This document shows positions 20,960 to 29,957 of a stretch of DNA of 64,000 bases, piece after piece. Origin of the DNA: Planctomycetota bacterium (GTDB lineage Bacteria; Planctomycetota; UBA1135; UBA2386); assembly GCA_965228735.1 (NCBI GenBank), contig OZ245838.1, forward strand, positions 6,784,001 through 6,848,000, read 5' to 3'. The notes under the pieces were generated by a model. That model did not search any database and was not told the DNA's origin. It saw only the letters and a program-made list of their open reading frames with translations. The position numbers and the translations under genes are program-made. Within the stretch, counting starts at the first letter, position 1. Every line of letters begins with the position of its first letter.

Positions 20960-23494
20960 CTACCTGCCCGACTTGCCGGTGACGTTGGCCGGCAACGTGA
21001 GCTTCACCTCGTGCTCGTTCTGGTTGGCCGGGATCGCGGCCACGAGCCGGGTCTTGCTGCCTTGCGGCAGGATCTCGATCTCGGCATCTGGCGCCGGGTC
21101 GAACACGAGCCGGCCGTTCGCGTCCGTCTGTTTGCGCGAGCCGCCGCTCTCGCTGCGGCAGTAGCACGGCAGCAGCGCGGCCGGGGTCACGCCGTCGGCC
21201 TGCAGCAACGTCACGACGAGTCGACGGCGCGTGAAGTGGAACTCGCGTGCGTAGTCCTGGCCGCTCGTGAGCTCGAACTCCTCGGCGCCCTGGATCCGCA
21301 AGCCCGGGCCGGCCACGAAGTCGCCAACGATGACGGCCGCGCGATACGTGCCCGGGATCAGACCCGGTGCTTCGAACGTCCCGTCCGCGGCGACGGCGAA
21401 CTGCCCGAACGTGGCGCCGGCGCCGCGGCGGAAGTCGATGCGCGCGGCGGTCGGAGGCGCGCCGTTCACGAACACGCGGCCGCGGACGGTTGCCGGCGCG
21501 ATCGCGCGCACGTCGATCTCGGCGCTGCTCTGCTGATCCGCTCGGACCTCGATCCTCGGGATCTGAACGTCGAGGTCGACGCCGGCGCCCGAGCTGCCGT
21601 GGCTGCGGCGATACCGATGGTGGTGCGAGATCTCGAGCCGATAGTTGCCGGGCGCGATGTGGGGGATCGCGAACGCGCCTTCGGAATCGACCTGGACCTG
21701 GACCGAGGGCTCGCCGTCCGGCACGGAGTCGATGCGGTGGCAGCTCACCCGCAGGTGGGTCGGATCGAGCTCGGCGAACAGCACCTGCCCCGCGATGCCG
21801 CCCGCGGGCGGCAGGACGATGACCAGCGGCTGCCCGGTCGGGAACTGTGCGGGGTCGACGATGACCGGCCGATGCGGGCCGCTCGCGCGCACGAGCAGGC
21901 TGGTTTGGTCGGGCGGCACGAAGACCACAGCGCTGCCGGTCGCATCGGTCGTCGCTCGGCTCACGAGTTCGTGGGCGCGGAAGCTCGCGTTCGTCGACCA
22001 GCTGTTGGTGCTGCCGCGTTCGGCGAGCCAGGTGTCGGCGGTGAATGACCGTGTCCCCTTGCGCACGAGTTCGATCTTGGATCCTGCAATCGGCGTTCCG
22101 TCCGGGTTGGTGACCTGGACGGTGCCCGGTGTCAGCCGCTCGACCTCGACGCGCATCGGCGGCGCGCCGCCGTCCGGCACCTCGAACTCGATGGGCTCGG
22201 AGCACGCGAGGCTCGCGTCGAGCGGCACGATGCGCAGGTAGTTCTTGCCGCGCCACACCCGATCCACCGTGACGCGGCCGTGCTCGTGCGTGCCGCTGAG
22301 CCGCAGGTTGCGCTCCCGGCTCGAACGCGCGGATGCGCTGTAGCACTGCACGGCGTAGCGCGTGACCGGTGCGCGGCTCTCGCGCTCGACGACCTCGAGT
22401 TCGAGTGCGAGCGCCCGACGCATGTCGATCCGCACGTCGCGCGTACCCCAGTCGTAGAAACGTTCGTCGGGCGGCGGCGGTTCGCACGGGCCGGGGTTGG
22501 AGATCCTGAGCCGGACCGGTTGCGGCTCGGCGTCCACGGCGTGAATGACGAAGGTGCCGTCCTTCTTGGATCGACCCGCCGCCATCCGCCCCGAGCGATT
22601 GAGGTCGGCCTCGACGGTGACGCCTTGGACCGGCGCTCCGCGTTCGTCGACGACGATGCCGGAGATCGACGGCATGCGCCGCACGATCACGACCAGCGGT
22701 TCCGAGCCCGACTCGGTGACGGTCACCTGATTCGGCCTCACGAGTCGGATCCCGCGGGAGCTGACGTCGATGGGCCAGGTCCCGGGCGGGATCGGCACGC
22801 GAACGACGAAGTCGCCGTTCTCGTTGCTCGAGCCGTAGCGGACGTCGTTCGCGGCCATGCCCTCCGTGAGGGGCAGGGGCAAGTCTTCGAGCGCGACCGC
22901 CACCCGCGATACCGGCGCGCCACGCTCGTCGACGACGCGGCCGCGCACCTCGTAGCCGGTGGGCAGTTCGATATCGCCGAGGTCGAGGATCTGTCCCCGT
23001 TCGATGCGGCTCCAGCGACCGGTGCGCGGCACCCGTCCCTCGCCCTGGACGTCGAGCGCGAACTGCATGCCGGACGGCGGTTCGAACGCGAAGTCGAACA
23101 CGCCGTCGTCACCCGTGACGATCGGTTCGGGGTCCTGCCACGGCACGTCACCTTGCAGCGCCATCCGCGTCGCGTTGCCGCCCCAGGCATCGAACGTCGC
23201 CGTGCACCCGGCGAGCGGCTGGCCGCGTTCGTCGACGCACCGCCCGCGCACGTGCGCGCGGTCGTCGACCCAGCCGGGCCTCCGCTGCGAGGGTTCGACC
23301 GCTTCCCGATCGGCGACCGGCGCTGCCGCGACGAGTGCGCCGGTCGCAGGGGCCGCATTCGTCGTCACATCCGCCGGTGCGCGCGGCGCGGGCTCGACCG
23401 CGTGCGCGTCGCCGCGCAGCAGCCAGATCGCGACGATCGCGATGGCGACCAGCGCGAGGACCGCGACGGCCGGCCCCTGCCGTGACTCGAGCAT
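20960..23494 (-). CDS. Membrane-anchored protein with carboxypeptidase-regulatory-like (Ig-like) repeats
   Basis: Repeated xGxVVDERGxPV units; N-terminal TM helix. Confidence 0.8.
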   Translation of the reverse strand: MLESRQGPAVAVLALVAIAIVAIWLLRGDAHAVEPAPRAPADVTTNAAPATGALVAAAPVADREAVEPSQRRPGWVDDRAHVRGRCVDERGQPLAGCTATFDAWGGNATRMALQGDVPWQDPEPIVTGDDGVFDFAFEPPSGMQFALDVQGEGRVPRTGRWSRIERGQILDLGDIELPTGYEVRGRVVDERGAPVSRVAVALEDLPLPLTEGMAANDVRYGSSNENGDFVVRVPIPPGTWPIDVSSRGIRLVRPNQVTVTESGSEPLVVIVRRMPSISGIVVDERGAPVQGVTVEADLNRSGRMAAGRSKKDGTFVIHAVDAEPQPVRLRISNPGPCEPPPPDERFYDWGTRDVRIDMRRALALELEVVERESRAPVTRYAVQCYSASARSSRERNLRLSGTHEHGRVTVDRVWRGKNYLRIVPLDASLACSEPIEFEVPDGGAPPMRVEVERLTPGTVQVTNPDGTPIAGSKIELVRKGTRSFTADTWLAERGSTNSWSTNASFRAHELVSRATTDATGSAVVFVPPDQTSLLVRASGPHRPVIVDPAQFPTGQPLVIVLPPAGGIAGQVLFAELDPTHLRVSCHRIDSVPDGEPSVQVQVDSEGAFAIPHIAPGNYRLEISHHHRYRRSHGSSGAGVDLDVQIPRIEVRADQQSSAEIDVRAIAPATVRGRVFVNGAPPTAARIDFRRGAGATFGQFAVAADGTFEAPGLIPGTYRAAVIVGDFVAGPGLRIQGAEEFELTSGQDYAREFHFTRRRLVVTLLQADGVTPAALLPCYCRSESGGSRKQTDANGRLVFDPAPDAEIEILPQGSKTRLVAAIPANQNEHEVKLTLPANVTGKSGR

Positions 23495-23601
23495 GAAGCC
23501 CGATGCTACCGGGTTCGCGGGCGCGCGGTCAGGCCCGCGCCCGCGGCGTCGATCAGGCCGGCCCTATCGAGCGGGCCCGATCGAGCGGGTCGGATCGACC
23601 G

Positions 23602-24108
23602 CTACGTGCCGACGGTCGCGAGGCCACCGTCCGTGGCGATCGCGGTCGAGCTGCCGATCTGCTGCATGATGATCTGGTTGTACCACTGGAACCCGATCAG
23701 TCCCGGATCGTTCGGGATCGTGATCGTGTAGACCGGCGCGTTGCCGCCGTGCGGCGGGCAGCCGTTGCTCGTCGTCGAGACGAACGTGCCGAGGTCGGCG
23801 CCGACCAGCAGGTCGAAGCCCTGCGGGAACGAGTAGGGCAGCGGCAGGCCGGCCCAGCTCGTGTTCGAGAAGCCGTAGACGAGCACGGCCTGCCAGAACG
23901 TGAGCTGCAGCGTGCAGATGAAGGGCGGGTTGTTGTAGTCGACGCTGATCGTGAACGACGAGCCGATCTGCGGCGTGCCGGTCACGTCCAGGATCGGGTC
24001 GTGCGGGGTGCCGCTGCCGGAGCCGAACCTGGTGAAGCTGGCGGTCTGGGCGGTTGCCGAAACGGCGAGGAGGATGGTGGAGAGCAGCGCGAGAAGAGCG
24101 TGGCGCAT
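23602..24108 (-). CDS. Small secreted protein: signal peptide plus the conserved domain also found at the C-terminus of 3120-4685
   Basis: MRHALLALLSTILLAVSATAQ; FG.G...P.IG...AGLPLP...IPNDPGLIG...Q; AAGGA RBS upstream. Confidence 0.75.
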   Translation of the reverse strand: MRHALLALLSTILLAVSATAQTASFTRFGSGSGTPHDPILDVTGTPQIGSSFTISVDYNNPPFICTLQLTFWQAVLVYGFSNTSWAGLPLPYSFPQGFDLLVGADLGTFVSTTSNGCPPHGGNAPVYTITIPNDPGLIGFQWYNQIIMQQIGSSTAIATDGGLATVGT

Positions 24109-24300
24109 CGTGGTGTCCTTGGTTGGTGCCTCGGTCGCCCGAGGGGTGGAAACAGGGGGTGGGTAGAATAGGCGAGTCCCGGGGCGAGGGTCATCGAGCT
24201 TGGCAAACATCCTCGCTCCGATTCGCCTGGGCGCAGCGCCGAACGTGCTGCCCCGGGGGCCGAACGCGGCCGTGGCGTTCGACGGCGGGGCAGCGGCGGG

Positions 24301-24597
24301 TCAGTCGAGGTCGAAGATGTTCGGCGGCCGCTCGTCCTTGTCCTTCTTGGCCTCGTCCTTCGCGCGCTTCAGTTCGCGTTCGAGGTGATCGGCCGCCTTG
24401 TCCTCGCGGTTCTGCGCGGACGAGAACAGGTCGGTCAGCCGATCGCTCTCGTGCTTGTGCGCGTCGAGCAGCGTGTCGAGATCCTGCCCGCCCTTCTGCT
24501 CGTCGGGCCGGACGGCGCGGGCCTTGCCCGAGCGCGTGTCGACCTCGACCGACTTGCCGCAGCACGGGCAGGCAAAGGTGAACACCGACTTCTTCAT
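24301..24597 (-). CDS. Small hypothetical protein with a CPCC motif and coiled coil
   Basis: FACPCCGKSVEVD; ends PPNIFDLD. Confidence 0.7.
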   Translation of the reverse strand: MKKSVFTFACPCCGKSVEVDTRSGKARAVRPDEQKGGQDLDTLLDAHKHESDRLTDLFSSAQNREDKAADHLERELKRAKDEAKKDKDERPPNIFDLD

Positions 24598-24791
24598 GGC
24601 GCGCCAATCTAGCGCCACTACCCGGCCGGCCCAACGCGACCCGGCGCGGGCCGGATCGGGAAGTTCCCGGGCGCCCGTTCGTCGGAGGGTCGCCGGGGCA
24701 GCGTGACTGCGGTATCCTGCGGCGCGAAAGGCCGTCGCGACCGGCGGTTCTGACTCCGCTGCCAGCCCGAAGCCAACCGCCGCGCCGCGCC

Positions 24792-25514
24792 GTGACCGCC
24801 GAGAAAAAGCCCGTTGTCGAGGGAACCCAGGCCGCGGCTCCGCGTCTGCTGGAGGGGTCCACGCGTGGGCTGAAACGGCAGAGCCTCGGATCTCCGGGGT
24901 CCCTGCCGGGCGGCCCCGCGGACGATCCGGTCGCCGATCCCGCGCGCGAGCTCATGCTCGCAGCGCAGGCCGGGGACCGCGAAGCGTTCCGCGGCCTCGT
25001 GGAGATGTTTCAAGATCGAGTGATGCGACTGATGGTGTCAGTGTTGCGCTGTGAACGGACGATGGCCGAGGACCTCACGCAAGAGGTCTTCCTGCGCGTC
25101 TACAAGGGCCTGCCGTCGTTCGACGGCCAGGTCCGCTTCCACACCTGGCTGCACACGATCGGCATGAACGTCGCGATCAGCGAGTATCGCAAGGGCCGCG
25201 CGCAGAAGCGCAACCGGCCGACGGTGTCGCTCGATGCGCCGGTGGCGGCGACCGAGGACTTCTATCTCGCGCCCGAGGGCCGCGAGGTCGATCCGGCCGA
25301 ACGGGCGCATCAGACCGAATTCCTCGCGCGCGTGCGTGAGTGCGTCGCGGAGTTGCCCGAGGAGTTCCGCACGGCCGTGGTGATGCGCGACATGGAGTCG
25401 CTGTCCTACGACGAGATCGCCGAGGTGCTCGACGTGCCCGCCGGCACTGTGCGATCGCGGATCCACCGCGGTCGCCTCATGCTGCAGCAGATGCTCAAGG
25501 AGTTCGTCCAGTGA
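24792..25514 (+). CDS. ECF sigma-70 factor
   Basis: AEDLTQEVFLRVY, FHTWLHTI and LSYDEIAEVLDVPAGTVRSRIHRGR. Confidence 0.93.
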   Translation: MTAEKKPVVEGTQAAAPRLLEGSTRGLKRQSLGSPGSLPGGPADDPVADPARELMLAAQAGDREAFRGLVEMFQDRVMRLMVSVLRCERTMAEDLTQEVFLRVYKGLPSFDGQVRFHTWLHTIGMNVAISEYRKGRAQKRNRPTVSLDAPVAATEDFYLAPEGREVDPAERAHQTEFLARVRECVAELPEEFRTAVVMRDMESLSYDEIAEVLDVPAGTVRSRIHRGRLMLQQMLKEFVQ

Positions 25515-27841
25515 CCAGTCGCCATGACAGCGGTGGTGCTGGCAGCCGTGACCGCGCCCCCGACGAACGGCTCGCCGCCTACGTCGACGACGCGATGACG
25601 GAGCGCGAGCGGGCGCGATTCGAGGGCGAACTGCGCGTCAATCCGCAACTCAAGGCCGACCTCGAGGACTACGAGCGGACGGTGCGGAGCGTGCGTTCGG
25701 CGCTCCAGGCGGAGACGGCCAAGGTCGACCTCGCGGATCGCATCTTCGACGCGATCGACCGCGAGCCGGCCGCGCCCGTGGCGTTGGCGAACGAGAACCA
25801 GCGCGGGTATCGCCTGTTCGTCAGCATGGCGGCGGCCGCGGCGCTGCTCGTGCTCGCGGTATGGGTCAACTCGCTGCCGATGGACCTCGCGCCGGAGTCC
25901 GCGATGGTCGCGCAGGGTGACGCGGCGGAGCCGGCGACCGAGTCGGCGGCCGGACGGAACAAGGACGTGGGCCTGCTGCTCGACGAGGATGCGCCCGGCG
26001 ACCTGTCGCTGGCGCCGGGCGAGTCTTCGCGTGCGCCGACGAAGACCGAGTTCGACCTGCAAGAGTCCGAGGCCGAAGAGGGCGGCGAAGAGCCGCGCAA
26101 CGCCGAACGGCGCTTCGACGAAGAGCAGTGGTCGACGGCGGTCGGGCTCGGTGGTGGGGCCGGCGGCGTCGACAAGAAGGGCAGCGAGTCGCCGCGGGGG
26201 CAGCCGCGCCTGTTCCGGCTCGGGACGGGTGACGAGACGCGCGCGGCCGAGGGGCGCAAGGAGCTGCAGCAGGCGCGCGAGCTCGAGGCGAACGAACCCG
26301 CGGCGGCCGCCGATCCGAGCGCGCCCGTTCCGGATGCCGGGGTCAGCAACCTCGGAGCGGATCCGCAGGCGAAGCCGAAGCGGGCTGGCGAGAAGTCGGC
26401 CGATCCGGGCATGGTGGCGCAGTACGCATCGCCCAACGCCAAGAACGTGCCGGCCGAAGGCGCCGACGGCGCTCCGGTGGATCGGGCGCGGGCGCCGGGC
26501 GCGGAGTCGGAGTCTGGTGAACCGAAGTCCGGTGAAGTGGCGTTGGCCGAGCGCAAACGAGCGTCGGCGCAAGCGCTTCGTGACGCGGGCGAGCGCACCG
26601 ACCTGCCGCAGCCGAACCAGCAGCAGGTGAACCCGGAGCAGGTGAACCCGGAACAGGTGGATCCGGAGCAGCTGCGGCGGGCGCAGTCCACCAAGCCGGC
26701 GCCAGCTCGCCGGGCGGAGGTCGTTCGGGAAACGTTGGACGAAACGACGACGCAACTCGAGGGCCGCAACCGCAGCCTCGACGGCAAGGCCGGTGATGGC
26801 GCGACCGGCAACCCGGCGTCGCCGACGGGTAGCGCCGCCGGTAGCGAGCTCGCGGACGATGGCGGGCGCGATCCGGCGACCGGCTCGGACGACTTCTTCC
26901 TCGGGAGCCGGCGGGATCGCGCGTTGCCGCGGCCTGAGCTCGCGACGTTGCCGTTCCTGCAGGTGACTCGCACGGTGCGCGCTGCTGCCGAACAGGCGCG
27001 CCCGGAGGCGGCCGGCGAAGCCGTCGTCGACCCAACCGAGAAGCGTGGCGGCAAGAAGCGTGGCGCCGAGAAGCGTGGCGGCAAGTCGTCGAGCGGCGAC
27101 GTCGCGAAGCGGGCCGACGACGAGAACAACCCAAGGCGGGCTCGGCGCGTCGTCGGACCGGGCGGCACGCCGCCGCCGGGAGCTGGTACGGGCGGTCCCG
27201 GAGCCGGTGGTCCGGGCGCTGGGCGAGCGGCTGGGCCGGCTACCCCTGGGCCGGCCGGCCCCGCGACGGGTGGCCCGTCCACGCCCGGTCCGGCAGCGCC
27301 GGCTCCGGCCGCGCCGAGCGGTCCGCCGACGACTCGATTCGGAGCGCGGGGCGGCGCGGTTGGCGCGCGCCTCGAAGCGCTGTCGCTGTTCTTCGACCGC
27401 GAGTTCCCGCGCGCGAGCGCGACGATGGGCGAGCCGGCGGTCGAGCTGCCCGTGGCGCGGTTCCGAGACCTGCAGTTCGAGGACATCACGACCGCGGTGA
27501 TGGCGACCGAGCGGCTGGCGCGGCAGCGTGCGGGCAACGAGGGTCGGGCTCAGCCGGCCGGAACGAGCGAGCGCTACTGGCTCGTCGCGGGGCCGACCCG
27601 CAGCGTGCGACGACTCATGCAGGACGTCGCCAAGGCGGCGCAGCAGACCGACGCGTTGCTCGGCACCGGTGAAGTGGCCGTGCCGCTGCCGGCCAGGAAG
27701 GTCGCGGACGGTGAGAACGACAGCGGCAAGGATCGCGATGCGACCGGCGTCGTCGGCGGTTTCATCGGCGAGGCCGCGAAGGGCGACGCGGACCGGATGC
27801 AGCTCGTGCTGCGTTTCCGGGTCGTGACCGTGCCGAAGTAG
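25511..27841 (+). CDS. Anti-sigma factor with a long low-complexity extracytoplasmic tail
   Basis: GTG start overlaps the sigma stop (GTGA); LAAYVDDAMTERERARFE anti-sigma domain, TM helix, then a Gly/Pro/Glu-rich disordered region. Confidence 0.75.
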   Translation: MTSRHDSGGAGSRDRAPDERLAAYVDDAMTERERARFEGELRVNPQLKADLEDYERTVRSVRSALQAETAKVDLADRIFDAIDREPAAPVALANENQRGYRLFVSMAAAAALLVLAVWVNSLPMDLAPESAMVAQGDAAEPATESAAGRNKDVGLLLDEDAPGDLSLAPGESSRAPTKTEFDLQESEAEEGGEEPRNAERRFDEEQWSTAVGLGGGAGGVDKKGSESPRGQPRLFRLGTGDETRAAEGRKELQQARELEANEPAAAADPSAPVPDAGVSNLGADPQAKPKRAGEKSADPGMVAQYASPNAKNVPAEGADGAPVDRARAPGAESESGEPKSGEVALAERKRASAQALRDAGERTDLPQPNQQQVNPEQVNPEQVDPEQLRRAQSTKPAPARRAEVVRETLDETTTQLEGRNRSLDGKAGDGATGNPASPTGSAAGSELADDGGRDPATGSDDFFLGSRRDRALPRPELATLPFLQVTRTVRAAAEQARPEAAGEAVVDPTEKRGGKKRGAEKRGGKSSSGDVAKRADDENNPRRARRVVGPGGTPPPGAGTGGPGAGGPGAGRAAGPATPGPAGPATGGPSTPGPAAPAPAAPSGPPTTRFGARGGAVGARLEALSLFFDREFPRASATMGEPAVELPVARFRDLQFEDITTAVMATERLARQRAGNEGRAQPAGTSERYWLVAGPTRSVRRLMQDVAKAAQQTDALLGTGEVAVPLPARKVADGENDSGKDRDATGVVGGFIGEAAKGDADRMQLVLRFRVVTVPK

Positions 27842-27882
27842 CGGCGCGGGTATCGCGCGCGCGATTCGGGTAGAAATCGTTC

Positions 27883-29187
27883 TTGCCCACGAGCAACGAG
27901 TCCGCCGCGCGCCCGCCCGAACAGGATTGGCGGCAGAACTTCCACGCCGTCTGGCCCGCGCTCTTCGCGACCTCGATGGGGCTCATGGCGGTGCTGCCGA
28001 TGCTGCCGCTCTACATCGAGGAGCGGTTCGGCATCACGGATCCCGAGGAGCTGACGTTCTGGGCCGGCGCGATCTACGGCGTCGCACCGCTCACGGCCGC
28101 GATCCTCGGGCCGCTCTGGGGCGCGCTCGGCGATCGCGTCGGCAAGAAGCCGATGGCGATCCGCGCCAACCTCGCGATTGCCGCGACGACGGCGCTCATG
28201 CCGCTCGCGGAGACGCCGATCTGGCTGCTGCTCGCGCGTGTCCTGCAGGGCGCCTTCGCCGGCTACGTCGCGCCGTCGATGGCGCTCGTCTCGCAGCGCG
28301 CGCCGCGGCACCTGCACGGCACGGTGATCGCGCGGCTGCAGGTCGCGATGGCGGCGGGCACGTTCCTCGGGCCGTTCCTCGGCGCGGAGCTCGCGTTCTA
28401 CTTCGGGCGCGCCTCGATCTTCTGGATGACGAGCCTGTTCACCGCGATCGCCGGGGTGCAGCTGTGGTTGCGCGCGCACGACAGCGGACCGAGCAGGCCG
28501 CCCGAGGACTCGTTCGTGCGCGGGCTCACGACGTCGGTCGGCGCGTTGCTGCGCAACAAGGTGTTCACCTACCTGCTGCTGCTCGTGCTGCTGCTGCGGC
28601 TCGGGCAGAACATGCTCGAACCCTACGTCTCGCTGCTGATCCGCAAGCTCGGCGCGCCCGACTGGATCCTGCCGCTGAGCGAGACGCCGGCGCACGCGGT
28701 CGATCGCACGATCGGCGTCGCGTTCGGCCTGCTCGCCGTTTCGCAGCTGTTGTTCACGCCGCTCTGGGGGCGGGGTGCGGATCGCTACGGGCCGCTGCGC
28801 TGCCTCTATTTCCTCGCGCTGTTCCTCGGCAGCGTGCTCCTGGCTACGGCCTTCGTGTCCACGACGAACGAGTTCCTGCTGCTGCGCTTCGGCGCCGCCG
28901 CGACGATGGCGGGCTCGATGACGCTCGCGTATGCCGCCGTGAGCAAGCGCGTGCTCGAGAAGCGCCGCGCGCTCGCGTTCTCGCTCGTGCAGAGCTGCAT
29001 GCAGCTCGGGTTCGCGCTCGGGCCGCAGCTCGGCGGCATGGTCGCGATCGCGGGCGCGGGAACGGAGCCGAACTACCGGCGCGCGTTCCTCGTCGCGGCC
29101 GGACTGTGCTTCGTCGCCGCGGTCGGCATGTTCTTCCTGCGGCGGCTCCCGCCGACCCCGGTCGACGACGACGTCGATGCCGACTAA
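27883..29187 (+). CDS. MFS transporter (MdtG/DHA1-like)
   Basis: WGALGDRVGKKPM, RVLQGAFAG and about 12 TM helices. Confidence 0.9.
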   Translation: MPTSNESAARPPEQDWRQNFHAVWPALFATSMGLMAVLPMLPLYIEERFGITDPEELTFWAGAIYGVAPLTAAILGPLWGALGDRVGKKPMAIRANLAIAATTALMPLAETPIWLLLARVLQGAFAGYVAPSMALVSQRAPRHLHGTVIARLQVAMAAGTFLGPFLGAELAFYFGRASIFWMTSLFTAIAGVQLWLRAHDSGPSRPPEDSFVRGLTTSVGALLRNKVFTYLLLLVLLLRLGQNMLEPYVSLLIRKLGAPDWILPLSETPAHAVDRTIGVAFGLLAVSQLLFTPLWGRGADRYGPLRCLYFLALFLGSVLLATAFVSTTNEFLLLRFGAAATMAGSMTLAYAAVSKRVLEKRRALAFSLVQSCMQLGFALGPQLGGMVAIAGAGTEPNYRRAFLVAAGLCFVAAVGMFFLRRLPPTPVDDDVDAD

Positions 29188-29198
29188 CGTCTCCGGCG

Positions 29199-29927
29199 AT
29201 GTGTCTGCTGCTCGTGCTGCGTGACTACTTCCCCGAGCATCCGCTCGTGATCGGCGGCAACCGCGACGAGAGCACGACGCGCAAGGCCGCGCCGCCGGGG
29301 CTGTTCGACGGCGAGCAGCGTCGCATCCTGTCGCCGCGCGATCGCGTCGCGGGCGGCACGTGGCTCGCGATCAACGACCGCGGTGAGTTCGCGGGCATCA
29401 CCAATCGCAAGGGCACGGCGACCCTGCCGGAAGCGCCGTCGCGCGGCCACCTGCCGCACCTCGCGCTCGATCGCGAATCGCTCGCGGCCGGCATCGAGGC
29501 CGTGGAGGAGCGTGTTGCTGCAACGCCACACTCCGGCTTCCAGCTCGTCGTCGCCGATCGCGAGCGCCTCGTCGTTCTGCAGAACGGCGAGGCCGGCCTC
29601 GTGCGAACGGAGTGGACCGAGCCCGTCCTGCTGATCACGAACGAGCACGGCCCGGGCGAACTGACCCCACGACGGCTCGCGGATGCGATCCGCCCCGAGC
29701 CGGTCGTCGACCGCCAGCTCGATGCCCTCGTCCCGCTGCTGAGTGACCGCGGCGGCGCGGGCGAGCACGAGATCAGCAAGCACGGCGAACGTTACGCCAC
29801 CGTATCAAGTTCGCTGATCGCGGTGCCGGCCACGGATCCCACCGACCTCCGCTGGCGCTACGCGGCGGGACCGCCCGATGTCACGCGGTATCGCAACTAC
29901 GGCAACCTCGGCACCCGCCTGAAGTGA
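29199..29927 (+). CDS. NRDE/TANGO2 family protein
   Basis: MCLL...GGNRDE, GGTWLAIN, ITN, SRG and YATVSSS. Confidence 0.9.
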   Translation: MCLLLVLRDYFPEHPLVIGGNRDESTTRKAAPPGLFDGEQRRILSPRDRVAGGTWLAINDRGEFAGITNRKGTATLPEAPSRGHLPHLALDRESLAAGIEAVEERVAATPHSGFQLVVADRERLVVLQNGEAGLVRTEWTEPVLLITNEHGPGELTPRRLADAIRPEPVVDRQLDALVPLLSDRGGAGEHEISKHGERYATVSSSLIAVPATDPTDLRWRYAAGPPDVTRYRNYGNLGTRLK

Positions 29928-29957
29928 ACAGCTGGCGGTACCGCCAGCTGTTCACTT
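29922..29957. repeat. Perfect 36-bp palindrome (collapsed family B doublet) spanning two convergent stop codons
   Basis: AAGTGAACAGCTGGCGGT|ACCGCCAGCTGTTCACTT; the core TGGCGGTACCG is shared with the family B outer end. Confidence 0.9.
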
